The notes: generated by a model from the sequence alone, not told the origin. A DNA stretch of 64,000 bases from Eledone cirrhosa (GCA_964016885.1 OZ024741.1:324012001-324076000); one strand, 5' to 3'; positions 12,101 to 23,161 are shown, counted from the first letter of the stretch. Program-made: numbers and translations.

Positions 12101-12523
12101 CGGGCATGTCCGAGATGCGCGCAGGGCGACGAAACCGTCCTGCACGCACTCGTCCAGTGTCCGAAAATTGCTGACTTGTGGGTTTATGTCGAACACCTGC
12201 TGTCGCGTTTAGGACGGATCCGGCTATCATCTGAGTCCATCGTGAGGATTGCCCCGCCCTCCTCCTTTAGCCGGGAAGGGCAGGCAGTTTTTATCTGCCT
12301 GGTGGCCATGGCGAAAGAGATAGTATGGTGGACACGTTTGAAAGGGCTGAAGACGAGCACTTACCTCTTCGGTGATGCTCTGATTGACTTTTTCAAATTT
12401 CATTTGAAAAGGAAAATCAGAGTAGAGAGGGAAGTGCTCTCTTCCCAGCATTTTGTTGAAAGATGGGTGAGAGAAGCAAGAATGGCCCGAGTGAATGGGC
12501 CTACTCTGAGCATATATCTGTAA
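9104..12523 (+). CDS. Tx1 ORF2p: APE endonuclease, reverse transcriptase and C-terminal Cys/His domain (1139 aa, intact)
   Basis: APE motifs SINARGL, ISET, VYAP, GDWN, YLDRV, TDH, and the Tx1/L1-typical GPGYWKLN. RT motifs KSPGLDG, FRPITLLN, YADD. C-terminal CPRC..ETVLH..C. Confidence 0.95.
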   Translation: MTSLRIGSINARGLGSSWKQGHLLNDLRSLNIDVVAISETRISEARAFAPIFGGFDVYASPSRPGSGGGVAVLFRRGLDLAIRAIFLDPEGKLVVLDVTSGDGQAFRLVAVYAPTGAGRPDFFRRLETFLGTSRSLVLVGDWNGILDARWDCVGLADRGGGCKSLTNLLRRFELSDRYRLDFPNVPMWTWTNRIGSSRSYLDRVFCREIDRSSIGCPQFKIVSYTDHKFVICVLDLDRLHRRGPGYWKLNASLPARKAYRDRISELVKRALTGAIVNNKWWFALKRAIRIESIRFSKALAIEKNRAEGELVRKLDEALSKGIGTDVLAAKLALDQFFNAKHEGCVVRARVRALRHEGTKAVQWARVAEARRGNKATIRSLVDHDGRMLLDPGQMCEAFQRHFAQLFGGSGGPGRGMDFSVYLDGLPRLSATEARCCEKPITAAEVREAMTGCTRGKSPGLDGLPYELYVQMPDLFGGLLADVYCNWQQNGRIPSSVSRGAVALLRKDPNKGDNIDNFRPITLLNTEFKILAKVLAKRLALVVGGLVGEAQTCAIPDRSIHDNLHLMRYIVERVAREPGTGGSLINLDQSKAFDRVDHRYLAAVLRAAGFGPVFRGWIAAMHSDICSVVRVNGHLSEPFNIMRSVRQGCPLSSLLYVLTLEPLLHKLETLRGVPRELGCGRSVSAYADDVTVVVSNAKHIEALGTTLREYEAVTGAMVNQEKSVGLQLGTWRGRSMPSNSVVGRWTDGPVKLLGVWFGPDLQTDKNWDEVTSRVASLTQKWAERKLSLKGRAEVANAYIASVICYRLTVVPCPKPRLTVLERLLFRFLWKGRAPMVRRSICCQHPLRGGLGMPWLMMRRHALRLRHLHLFLDGDQVWSPFARRVFPQLVSLTELQSWVKRRPRGSAWRLECLQALTALDQSGNVIGGNSTSAFYRGLVEGKSDDVLGETLGVDENQLANLFGRTFGPGPMDNFQKSLAWQCYRGALPVRDKLYRHGGAVSRACPRCAQGDETVLHALVQCPKIADLWVYVEHLLSRLGRIRLSSESIVRIAPPSSFSREGQAVFICLVAMAKEIVWWTRLKGLKTSTYLFGDALIDFFKFHLKRKIRVEREVLSSQHFVERWVREARMARVNGPTLSIYL

Positions 12524-12771
12524 ATTAAAGGTGGAAAACTGGGAGAGGGCACTTGCCTTGGTGGTCAGGGTCATTGTGGCTTTTTACTGGGCTTTCTCCA
12601 CAAATGTCCCTCCGAAGTCTCCCCCCTATTGGGGAATTTTTCATTGTTATTTTTTGTTACATTCTCTGTTTTTGTTTTTTACACGCAGAAATGCCCATTT
12701 GTACCGTCCTGCATTGTCCTGCACTGTCCTTAATGTCTACTTTATGTAAACCCTTGTGGTTAATAAAGAAA

Positions 12772-12773
<2 letters not shown>

Positions 12774-12815
<42 letters not shown>
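12774..12815. repeat. (ATT)14
   Basis: Direct read. Confidence 0.97.
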
Positions 12816-15800
12816 GTTCTTTGAGTCTCAGTTATTGATGTTAGTTAACTGGAAAGTTTGTTGAAATGAATATCAAGCCACTACCTGCAGCCTCAGATAT
12901 TCAGGACATATCGGAGGGTTCTTGCTGTTCCCAGCAAGCATGCCTTTTGAAGTGTTCCAAAAAGCGGGGCGAGACCAATTTTCTTTAACCATCCCTGGAA
13001 ATTTTTTGAGATAGTACCTAGTGCGCCTATGACAATCGGGACCACTTTGACTTCAAGGCAGTTCCAAATCCTTTTTACCTCCCACTTTAAGTCCTGGTAT
13101 CGGTTAATTTTCTCCCTCTCCTTCTCTTGCACGCACGTGTCGAATGGGCAGACCACACCCACAATCAGGCACGATCTTTTTTTCTTGTCCAAAACCACCA
13201 GGTCAGGTCTATTGTGTTTCAGTTTCTTGTCCGTCTGTATCCTAAAATCCCACAGCACCTTCACCTGATCGTTTTCTATCACCGACTCTGGCTTATGCTC
13301 ATACCACTTCTCAGAATGTGGTAAATTGTTTACTTTGCATAGGTGCCAGTGGATCACCCTGCCCATCGCATCATGTCTCCAGCCTTTATAGTGAGTCTGG
13401 GCTAGGTGTTTACACTCGGATACAATGTGAGCCACAGTCTCCTCTCTCTCTCCACAGATCCTGCACAGTCGGCTAGCCTCCTCCTTGTAAATATGATGTT
13501 TCAGCCACTTCGTTTTGAGGGCCTGCTCTTGCGCAGCCATTAGCATTCCTTCTGTAGCCTTTTTAAGGTCTCCTCTTTTCAACCAGTTCCATGTCTGTGG
13601 ATCTCTGAATTCCATTTTCTCAAAGAAGGTACTGTAAAGGGATTTTTCATGAAGGCTTCTCTTTCTCCTTGTTGTTATTTCCTCCTTGGACATCCCCTGG
13701 TCTATTGTCCTCTCCTTCCGTACAATTCTGAGCAATGGCTCCTTACTATCAGTCACGTATTTGTGTAGGTTGTTTTTGTCCATCTGAACACAGTCCTCTA
13801 TGCTGATAAGACCTCTTCCACCCTCAGATCTCCTTAGGTAGAGTCTATCGACATCACTCCTCTTGTGGAACATGTTGTAGATAGTCAATAGCTTCCTAGT
13901 CTTCCTATCCATTTCTTTTTGTTCAGCAACATTCCATCTCAGAATTCCCGCACTGTACCTAATAATAGACACAGCTCGGGAATTTACTGCGCTTATGGCA
14001 TTTCTGCTGTTCAGATGTGACTTCAATACGCTCCTTACTCTCCGAATGTATTCAGTTCTTAACAATTCCTTCATTTTTTTGTTCTTTATGCCATCAGCCT
14101 CCAGAACGCCCAAATACTTGTATCCTTCCTCAGAGTCAATTTCCTTTATCATCTCACCTGTTGGTATCTGGATTCCGTTACTTCTGCTCAACCTACCCCT
14201 CCTCATCACAATGACTCCACATTTACTAATACCAAACTGCATACAAATATCACTGCTGAAAATACGGACAGTGTCAACAAGCACATCCAACTCCTTCTCA
14301 CTCTTCCCGAAGAGCTTAAGATCGTCCATGAAGAGGAGGTGATTGATGGTAAGCTCTCCCTTTCCCAACTTGTATCCTGCTCTCACTTTTCGCAGCATAA
14401 TGGTCAAGGGCATCAGGGCAAGGACAAACAACAGAGGGGACAGGCTATCTCCCTGGAAGATACCTCTCTTGATCTTCACGCTTTCCAAGGATTCTCCAGT
14501 TGATGTCAACTCTGTCTCCCAGGACCCCATACTCCTGCCCAGCAACTGTCTGATGTTTTCTGCCACCTTGAAGATCTCCAGGCTTTTGGTGATCCAAGAA
14601 TGAGGCACCATGTCAAATGCCATTTTGTAGTCTATCCATCCCATGGCAAGACCAGTGTGTCTCCTCTTGCAATTCCTCATTACCATCTTATCAATAAGTA
14701 ACTGGTCCTTTATACCACGGGACTTTTTTCGGCATCCTTTCTGTTCGTCCGGTAACAAGTCGTTTATGTGGAGGTGATGGTAGATTTCCTCAGACACAAT
14801 GTTTTTCAACAGTTTCCACATTACGGACAGACATGTGATAGGTCTATAGTTGGTAACATCATTACCCTTGGTTCGGTCTTTCATTACCAGAACTGTGGTA
14901 CCTTTTGTCAACTACTCTGGTACCTCACCTGACATCAAGCAGTCATTGAACATGGTTGTCAGTTTCGGGTGGAGGGATGTTATATTTTTAATCCAATACC
15001 CCCTGCACACCATCTGGGCCTGGTGATTTCCAGTTGGTTAGTTTTTTTGGCCTGCCCCAAATCAGTTTGTTGGTGTGCCTGTTCACTAATCTCCTTTTGT
15101 ACTGTCTCAATCCACACTGCCTGGTCATTATGTTTAACATCCAGCTCCCATATTCCTCTCCAGAATGTCTTAGTTTGTTCCGCCTCAGGGATCAAGTCGT
15201 TGCCTCTTTCTTTCCCTTCAAGCTGTCCAAACAACATCTTCTGGTTGTTGTCAAACATGCGGTTCTGTCTATACTGACTGACTCTGCTCTCGTATCGCCT
15301 AATTTTTGCACTCTTTGCTACAATGCGTTGCTTCAGTTCCTCTCTGATAATATTTAACTTTTTCCTCCTAGTTTTGTACTTTATTTCCAGTCTATTTTTA
15401 GTGTCTATGTTTTTTAGTGTCCCATTCAGTAGAGACTCAAGCTTTCCAATGTCATTTCTCATTTCCCTGATTTGACCATTCAGTCGTTTCTTCCACCAAG
15501 GTTCTGATCTTTCTTGTTTGTTGTTTCCTCTCGCGTTTATGCCAAGTAATTTCCTAACCGTATTTGATGTTGCTTTGAGGATATTGTTGCACTGGTGAAG
15601 GCTCCTCGCCTCAAGGTATGGGATGACTTTGTTTACCTTAGCTGTTGTTTCTTTTAACTTTTTTCCTGTATACAAATCTTAGGTTCATAGGTTTCCTACT
15701 ATCATTGTTCATTTCATCTACCACTAAGTTTAGGATATCAACCAACTCTTGTCCTAGCCCGTCAGCATTCATCTCCTCAATGGCCGTATCACTGTTCCAG

Positions 15801-16304
15801 GTATTATTTATTTCAGCATTCAGATCATTGTCTGCTTCGGATGGTTCCTCCGTTCCCTCAACCTCTTCACCTTCATTTCCCACTGGCTCGTTTGCCTGGC
15901 ATACTCCACTCTCCATTTCCAACCTAATCTCTCTGCTCAGTTCCTCCAGTTCCAGCACGCTTATCCACCCATTAGTTCTTATTACCCGAGCCTGCCCAAT
16001 TTTTGTTCATCTAACTTAAATAGACCAATCTTGTTCCAGATGTTCTGGTACCTTTCCATCTTCTTCTTCCTCCGACACCAGCAGTATTTGGTTGTCAGCC
16101 AGGTCCCTGCTGCTGAGCCAGGGAGCACCTGCTGGGTGAGAGTCTGTCACATGACATTCCAGATCCACTTCACCGTTATTCGAACTGTTTAGGTTCGACA
16201 TTTAAACACTCTTACGAGGATTGGTGAATGTATGGTTACATAACCACCGGTGATTTCATCACCCCCAGTGATTTTAGTGTGGCACTATCACGCTGTAGAC
16301 GAAC
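12816..16304 (-). mobile_element. R4/Dong-clade element copy 2, apparently identical to copy 1 including its lesions
   Basis: All ORF-track entries recur identically at +10,300 (e.g. 2593..4611 and 12893..14911). Confidence 0.9.
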
Positions 16305-17022
16305 ATAAATAAACAAACAAACAAATAGGTAACCTCCTCCCCCCAAAAAGCATAAGTTTCATTGTAATGTAATGTTTGAATGTCTGACAGTTTTTTTTTC
16401 TTGTCTGTTTGTTTTTCTTTTCTTTTTTCTTTTCTTTACGTTTTTCGTTGCTGCTGTGCTATTTTGATTTTGATTTTTGTTTTTTTGATTTTTTGACCGG
16501 GTCATCAAATCAGTCTATTTATATCTTTTGATGCCTTCCTCATTTAGTGGGAATACTACGATGCCTGTCTTAGCAGGAGGTAGTGGGAGAAGATAGCGGC
16601 GGTAGCGATAATGAGGAAGTGGTGGTGGTGATGTGTTAGTTGTACTTAGCAGGAGGTAGTGGGAGAGTATAGTGGCGGTAGCGATAATGAGGCAGCGGTG
16701 GTGGTGATGTGATCGTAGTACTGTAGTGATGGTGTTGAAGTTGAAGTAGAAATAGAAGTTGAGGTAACTTGACTAGAGTTTTTGGCGTGGTAGTGGTTAT
16801 GGTGGCGGTGGTGGTGTTGGTGGTGAAATGATTTGCCTGTCTGTCCACTTAGCCATTTTTCTCTTTTTCGACTATAACATTTCTGATCCAAAATTAAATA
16901 TTAAATATTGGGGCCCTATGCCGTAATGTGATGCGTTGTCGCTTGCTGAGAGTCAAAACTGTAATCTTATACTTCATTTGTAATAAGAATTATTCTATCA
17001 CAGTTGTTTTAAATAAGTAAAA

Positions 17023-17058
<36 letters not shown>

Positions 17059-17271
17059 GAATGCCATGGTTGACGGAGGCTCGGCTCTGTAAGGTATAGT
17101 AATTTTTAACCGTTAAAACAATTGTAAATTGTTTAAAACTTGAACCAAATTGTTGATAAAGACACCCTCCTCCTCGTGAGAGGGGTCTTTCTGTCCGTTA
17201 TTTGGCCCTTCGGGGTTAAATAACCAGTTATTGGGGTTTTGTACCCAAAATTTCATTTTAAACAAAAAAAC

Positions 17272-19368
17272 ATGGCTACCAAAAAGAAATTTCATACGTC
17301 ACTCCCACTCATTCCGTCTTCTTCTTCCTCAATCATCACTACAGCAGAGAGAAGATTGTCTCTCTCCCTCCCTTCTTTAAATGTGTCTCTCTCCCTCCCT
17401 TCTCTTTCGCAAGTGACGAAAGAAAAGAAAAGTCTCGTGCAAAGCGTGCAAGGTTTCTCCACGACGACGACGACAGCGACGAAACAGGTGTGCGGGAAAT
17501 ACGAAAACCCAGTTCATTCGTCTGACGTCAGGAATAATAGCAGTAGCAGCCGTAATAACAACAGCAACAGTGACAATGAAAACAACAGTAGCAGCCGCAA
17601 CAGCATCACCAGCAGCATAAACAACAACAGCATTAGCAGCAGCAACACCAACAACAACCACAGCAACAGCGGCGGAGGCAGTAGTCGTAGTACCTGCAGC
17701 AACAACAAAAGTACCAGCAGCTCTGACGACAACAACAACAGCAGAGAAAAACCAATCTCATTTGCAGGTATTGCGAAAAATTTGGAAACAATCCTCATAA
17801 CAAATGAGGAATTAGAGGAAGCGAAGAAGATGGTGACAAAGAACGGACACCGAGCAATCTGCAAGGCAGCGAAAAATTTTTTCGAAACCCAAGAGCACTG
17901 TACGGTCACGTACCGTACAGTAAGTACAAAATCCCGTAGGGTGGAAAGAGCCACAGAGGCCCAAATACAAAAAGCCTTGGGGTCTGTGTGGCAGCGGAAA
18001 ACGCACATCACCCGAGGCAAAAAATATGCCACCGTAGACGTACTTTTTGCCACACCCCAGGAGGCAAAGGCCCAATCAGTAGTGACCCTAAGGAGCGAGG
18101 AAATGGTGTTGGTGCCCTCCTACTGTGGGCAAAAAATTGTGAGGGTCAAACTGACCCACGTCCCCCCCGGAATGACCCCTTCTTGGCTGGCCGCGTCTGT
18201 CCTCGTCGGAATCGAGGACAAAACAACTGTACTGCAAGTACAGAAAAAAGTAAGAGAAGATTGGGTCGGCTCCTCCATTGAGATGCTAATCCAAACCAAC
18301 CAGGAGTGCATCGAAGCTATCCCGGATGTGATAGACTTCGATAACGGCACTCAACTGCCCATAAGTGTTGAGGGCAAACGCCCGAAATGCTTTCGCTGTG
18401 GATCGAAGACTCACCTCAGGGCCTTCTGCAACGAGAAGACCCTGAGAAAGGAGAAAACCCCCCTCCTTCCGAATCCGGCTCCACGGCTACCAGCAACAGG
18501 ACAAGCGGCAACCAGGAACGATAGGCCCGTGGCACCCATACCCACTCCACGGAAATCAAAAACAGCAGCAGCAGTGGAAATACTAACAACAACAACAGCA
18601 ATACCAAATGCAGCTGCAACAGAGACTCCAGTGCAAACATCACCAACAACAACAAGTGAAAGAGTGGAGTTGGTACCCCTCCCCGACCTCACAGAATCAG
18701 ACATGGAGTGTGAGGTGGGAGAGAGATGGCAAAAGGTCGTAAGAAGGCACAAACGCAGAAGCAGCGCATCGTCGCCTTTGAAAAGTGAGGAAAGAAATGA
18801 GAAAAGGGTAAAGTCTACTGCAAAGAGACCCACAGCAGCAACAACACCAACACCATCACCACCCACACTAGCGCCACCATCACCACCGGCGACAACCCCA
18901 CCGCCAACAACACCTTCAACACCACCACCACAAGCACCAACATCGCAAACACAACAACAAAACACACACACCCAGCAACAACGACAAGAAAATAGCAGAA
19001 CCACACCCCACCCCCAGAAAAACAAATGCACGGCAATAAATACACACAACAAGAAACTAATGACTTACATAATTGAACACACAGACATTTCACAACAGGA
19101 CTACATAATACCAGCACCAATCAAAACGCCAACTAACATAAGACTGCTAAAAATAGCACAGAAACAATACACAAATATTAAAACGAAATTCCCCAACGCA
19201 GTTGGTGATTTCAGGGACCTAGGAGGAACCATCAATCGAAGAGTATACTCAGACATTCTCTTAGAAGAGCCGACGACCAGCCGAAGGGACGATTCAACGG
19301 TCCCTTCACCAGACGATCAAGTGAAAAGGGATGTAAAAACCATCCCTCCTCTACCAAAAGTACGGTAA
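17272..19368 (+). CDS. Tx1 ORF1p
   Basis: Translation identical to 6972-9068. Confidence 0.88.
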   Translation: MATKKKFHTSLPLIPSSSSSIITTAERRLSLSLPSLNVSLSLPSLSQVTKEKKSLVQSVQGFSTTTTTATKQVCGKYENPVHSSDVRNNSSSSRNNNSNSDNENNSSSRNSITSSINNNSISSSNTNNNHSNSGGGSSRSTCSNNKSTSSSDDNNNSREKPISFAGIAKNLETILITNEELEEAKKMVTKNGHRAICKAAKNFFETQEHCTVTYRTVSTKSRRVERATEAQIQKALGSVWQRKTHITRGKKYATVDVLFATPQEAKAQSVVTLRSEEMVLVPSYCGQKIVRVKLTHVPPGMTPSWLAASVLVGIEDKTTVLQVQKKVREDWVGSSIEMLIQTNQECIEAIPDVIDFDNGTQLPISVEGKRPKCFRCGSKTHLRAFCNEKTLRKEKTPLLPNPAPRLPATGQAATRNDRPVAPIPTPRKSKTAAAVEILTTTTAIPNAAATETPVQTSPTTTSERVELVPLPDLTESDMECEVGERWQKVVRRHKRRSSASSPLKSEERNEKRVKSTAKRPTAATTPTPSPPTLAPPSPPATTPPPTTPSTPPPQAPTSQTQQQNTHTQQQRQENSRTTPHPQKNKCTAINTHNKKLMTYIIEHTDISQQDYIIPAPIKTPTNIRLLKIAQKQYTNIKTKFPNAVGDFRDLGGTINRRVYSDILLEEPTTSRRDDSTVPSPDDQVKRDVKTIPPLPKVR

Positions 19369-19403
19369 GTGGTCTTTCCCATCTTTTCCACTCTATTTTA
19401 AAC

Positions 19404-22400
19404 ATGACCTCACTCAGAATAGGCAGCATAAATGCGCGTGGCTTGGGGTCGTCATGGAAGCAGGGTCACCTGCTCAACGACCTCAGGTCACTAAACATAA
19501 ATGTAGTGGCCATCAGCGAGACCAGAATCTCCGAAGCACGGGCCTTCGCACCGATCTTCGGCGGCTTCGATGTGTACGCATCTCCCAGCCGTCCTGGATC
19601 CGGTGGAGGAGTTGCTGTGCTTTTTCGGAGAGGTTTGGATCTCGCCATACGGGCCATCTTCCTGGACCCAGAGGGTAAGCTGGTGGTGCTGGACGTGACC
19701 AGCGGAGACGGGCAAGCTTTCAGGCTAGTGGCCGTCTATGCCCCGACAGGAGCAGGGCGGCCTGATTTCTTCCGGCGTCTGGAGACCTTTCTTGGAACGT
19801 CCCGCTCTTTAGTGTTAGTGGGCGACTGGAACGGGATCTTAGATGCACGCTGGGACTGTGTGGGATTAGCGGATAGGGGTGGAGGGTGCAAGAGCCTCAC
19901 CAACCTGCTCAGGCGTTTTGAACTGTCTGACAGGTACCGATTGGATTTCCCGAATGTGCCAATGTGGACTTGGACAAACCGCATAGGGTCATCCAGATCA
20001 TATCTAGATAGAGTATTTTGTAGGGAAATAGATAGGTCTAGCATAGGCTGTCCACAATTCAAGATAGTCAGCTACACGGACCACAAATTCGTGATCTGTG
20101 TGCTTGACTTAGATAGGCTTCATAGACGAGGACCCGGCTACTGGAAGCTAAACGCGTCCTTACCAGCGCGCAAGGCCTACAGAGACCGGATTAGCGAACT
20201 AGTTAAGCGGGCGTTGACGGGGGCCATCGTCAACAACAAGTGGTGGTTTGCTCTGAAAAGAGCGATTAGAATAGAATCGATTAGGTTTAGTAAGGCTTTA
20301 GCAATAGAGAAAAATAGAGCAGAGGGAGAACTAGTTAGAAAATTAGACGAGGCGCTTAGCAAAGGCATTGGGACCGACGTGCTTGCGGCGAAATTGGCCC
20401 TTGACCAATTCTTCAATGCAAAGCACGAAGGCTGCGTTGTCAGAGCTAGGGTGCGTGCTCTCAGACACGAGGGGACGAAAGCCGTTCAATGGGCCCGAGT
20501 GGCGGAGGCGCGTCGTGGCAACAAAGCCACGATCCGGTCTTTGGTGGACCACGACGGGCGCATGCTACTCGATCCCGGGCAAATGTGTGAAGCTTTTCAG
20601 CGACACTTCGCTCAGCTGTTCGGGGGCAGCGGGGGGCCGGGTAGAGGGATGGACTTTAGTGTCTACCTCGACGGACTGCCGCGGCTCTCGGCCACTGAGG
20701 CGAGGTGTTGCGAAAAGCCGATAACAGCCGCTGAAGTACGGGAGGCAATGACTGGCTGCACAAGGGGTAAATCGCCTGGTTTGGATGGTCTGCCCTATGA
20801 ACTTTACGTACAGATGCCAGACTTGTTCGGAGGCCTCTTGGCGGACGTCTACTGCAACTGGCAACAGAACGGGAGAATTCCCAGTTCTGTGAGCCGAGGA
20901 GCGGTGGCACTGCTGAGAAAGGATCCGAACAAGGGGGATAACATAGACAATTTCCGGCCCATAACTCTGCTAAACACAGAGTTTAAGATTTTGGCCAAGG
21001 TGCTAGCAAAGAGGTTGGCGCTTGTCGTTGGTGGTCTGGTGGGAGAGGCGCAGACATGCGCCATTCCCGACAGATCCATCCACGACAACCTCCACCTCAT
21101 GCGATACATCGTAGAGAGGGTAGCTAGGGAACCTGGCACGGGTGGGTCCTTGATCAATTTAGATCAGTCGAAAGCTTTCGATAGGGTCGACCATCGTTAC
21201 CTAGCGGCAGTCCTGAGGGCGGCTGGCTTTGGGCCCGTCTTCAGAGGCTGGATCGCTGCCATGCACAGCGACATCTGCTCTGTGGTGAGAGTGAACGGTC
21301 ACCTGTCGGAACCGTTCAACATCATGCGCTCGGTCCGCCAAGGATGTCCCCTCTCGTCCCTCTTGTACGTATTGACTCTCGAGCCATTACTGCACAAACT
21401 GGAGACGTTGAGGGGAGTCCCGCGCGAACTAGGATGCGGAAGATCCGTGTCAGCATATGCGGACGATGTCACCGTAGTGGTGTCGAACGCCAAACACATC
21501 GAGGCGATCGGCACTACACTAAGAGAATACGAAGCGGTGACAGGAGCAATGATCAACCAGGAAAAGTCAGTGGGCCTGCAGCTCGGCACCTGGAGAGGCA
21601 GGTCCATGCCGTCCAACAGCGTCGTCGGGCGCTGGACGGACGGACCGGTTAAATTGCTAGGGGTCTGGTTCGGTCCGGACCTCCAGACGGACAAAAACTG
21701 GGACGAGGTGACGAGCAGGGTGGCTTCTCTCACCCAGAAATGGGCGGAGAGGAAGCTATCCCTGAAAGGTCGAGCGGAGGTGGCTAACGCGTACATCGCG
21801 TCTGTCATCTGCTACCGCCTAACCGTCGTACCTTGTCCTAAGCCTCGCCTGACTGCGCTGGAGCGTTTGCTCTTTCGCTTTTTGTGGAAGGGACGTGCTC
21901 CGATGGTCAGGCGGTCCATCTGTTGTCAACACCCGCTACGTGGAGGGCTGGGCATGCCGTGGCTGATGATGCGCAGGCACGCGCTCAGGCTACGACATCT
22001 CCACCTCTTCCTCGACGGTGATCAGGTGTGGTCGCCGTTTGCTAGACGCGTTTTTCCCCAGCTCGTTTCCTTGACGGAGCTGCAGTCCTGGGTCAAGCGA
22101 AGACCGAGAGGGAGCGCCTGGAGACTGGAATGTCTTCAGGCGCTCACAGCCCTCGACCAATCGGGCAATGTGATCGGTGGAAACTCCACCTCGGCGTTCT
22201 ATAGAGGATTAGTGGAGGGGAAGAGCGACGACGTACTTGGGGAAACTCTAGGCGTCGACGAAAATCAACTAGCCAATCTCTTCGGAAGAACTTTCGGGCC
22301 AGGGCCTATGGACAACTTCCAGAAATCTCTGGCCTGGCAGTGCTACCGAGGAGCCTTGCCAGTTCGGGATAAACTCTACAGGCATGGAGGTGCCGTCAGC

Positions 22401-22823
22401 CGGGCATGTCCGAGATGCGCGCAGGGCGACGAAACCGTCCTGCACGCACTCGTCCAGTGTCCGAAAATTGCTGACTTGTGGGTTTATGTCGAACACCTGC
22501 TGTCGCGTTTAGGACGGATCCAGCTATCATCTGAGTCTATCGTGAGGATTGCCCCGCCCTCCTCCTTTAGCCGGGAAGGGCAGGCAGTTTTTATCTGTCT
22601 GGTGGCCATGGCGAAAGAGATAGTATGGTGGACACGTTTGAAAGGGCTGAAGACGAGCACTTACCTCTTCGGTGATGCTCTGATTGACTTTTTCAAATTT
22701 CATTTGAAAAGGAAAATCAGAGTAGAGAGGGAAGTGCTCTCTTCCCAGCATTTTGTTGAAAGATGGGTGAGAGAAGCAAGAATGGCCCGAGTGAATGGGC
22801 CGACTCTGAGTATATATCTGTAA
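19404..22823 (+). CDS. Tx1 ORF2p APE-RT (1139 aa, intact)
   Basis: Differs from copy 2 by a few residues (e.g. NIDV/NINV, EALG/EAIG, RIRL/RIQL). Confidence 0.95.
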   Translation: MTSLRIGSINARGLGSSWKQGHLLNDLRSLNINVVAISETRISEARAFAPIFGGFDVYASPSRPGSGGGVAVLFRRGLDLAIRAIFLDPEGKLVVLDVTSGDGQAFRLVAVYAPTGAGRPDFFRRLETFLGTSRSLVLVGDWNGILDARWDCVGLADRGGGCKSLTNLLRRFELSDRYRLDFPNVPMWTWTNRIGSSRSYLDRVFCREIDRSSIGCPQFKIVSYTDHKFVICVLDLDRLHRRGPGYWKLNASLPARKAYRDRISELVKRALTGAIVNNKWWFALKRAIRIESIRFSKALAIEKNRAEGELVRKLDEALSKGIGTDVLAAKLALDQFFNAKHEGCVVRARVRALRHEGTKAVQWARVAEARRGNKATIRSLVDHDGRMLLDPGQMCEAFQRHFAQLFGGSGGPGRGMDFSVYLDGLPRLSATEARCCEKPITAAEVREAMTGCTRGKSPGLDGLPYELYVQMPDLFGGLLADVYCNWQQNGRIPSSVSRGAVALLRKDPNKGDNIDNFRPITLLNTEFKILAKVLAKRLALVVGGLVGEAQTCAIPDRSIHDNLHLMRYIVERVAREPGTGGSLINLDQSKAFDRVDHRYLAAVLRAAGFGPVFRGWIAAMHSDICSVVRVNGHLSEPFNIMRSVRQGCPLSSLLYVLTLEPLLHKLETLRGVPRELGCGRSVSAYADDVTVVVSNAKHIEAIGTTLREYEAVTGAMINQEKSVGLQLGTWRGRSMPSNSVVGRWTDGPVKLLGVWFGPDLQTDKNWDEVTSRVASLTQKWAERKLSLKGRAEVANAYIASVICYRLTVVPCPKPRLTALERLLFRFLWKGRAPMVRRSICCQHPLRGGLGMPWLMMRRHALRLRHLHLFLDGDQVWSPFARRVFPQLVSLTELQSWVKRRPRGSAWRLECLQALTALDQSGNVIGGNSTSAFYRGLVEGKSDDVLGETLGVDENQLANLFGRTFGPGPMDNFQKSLAWQCYRGALPVRDKLYRHGGAVSRACPRCAQGDETVLHALVQCPKIADLWVYVEHLLSRLGRIQLSSESIVRIAPPSSFSREGQAVFICLVAMAKEIVWWTRLKGLKTSTYLFGDALIDFFKFHLKRKIRVEREVLSSQHFVERWVREARMARVNGPTLSIYL

Positions 22824-23084
22824 ACTAAAGGTGGAAAACTGGGAGAGGGCACTTGCCTTGGTGGTCAGGGTCATTGTGGCTTTTTACTGGGCTTTCTCCA
22901 CAAATGTCCCTCCGAAGTCTCCCCCCTATTGGGGAATTTTTCATTGTTATTTTCATTGTTATTTTTGTTACATCCTCTGTTTTTGTTTTTTTTACACGCA
23001 GAAATGCCCATTTGTACTGTCCTGCATTGTCCTGCACTGTCCTTAATGTCTACTTTATGTAAACCCTTGTGGTTAATAAAGAAA

Positions 23085-23086
<2 letters not shown>

Positions 23087-23161
<75 letters not shown>
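23087..23161. repeat. (ATT)25 between Tx1-A copy 3 and Tx1-B
   Basis: Direct read. Confidence 0.97.

Larger units (their letters stand above)
6759..12773 (+). mobile_element. Tx1/L1-clade LINE family A, copy 2, apparently full length
   Basis: 5' UTR, ORF1, ORF2 and 3' UTR with AATAAA, flanked by (ATT)12 and (ATT)14. Confidence 0.93.
17059..23086 (+). mobile_element. Tx1/L1-clade LINE family A, copy 3, full length
   Basis: Same structure as copy 2; flanked by (ATT)12 and (ATT)25. Confidence 0.93.

Noticed and set aside
7077-12574. Antisense and alternative-frame ORFs overlapping Tx1 ORF1 and ORF2
   Set aside because: They are shadow ORFs of GC-rich or low-complexity coding sequence with no recognisable domains.
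6759-17058. Tx1 plus Dong as one composite unit mobilised by 3' transduction
   Set aside because: The Dong copies look identical while their upstream Tx1 copies 1 and 2 differ by many substitutions and indels. A DNA-level duplication or an assembly effect fits better.
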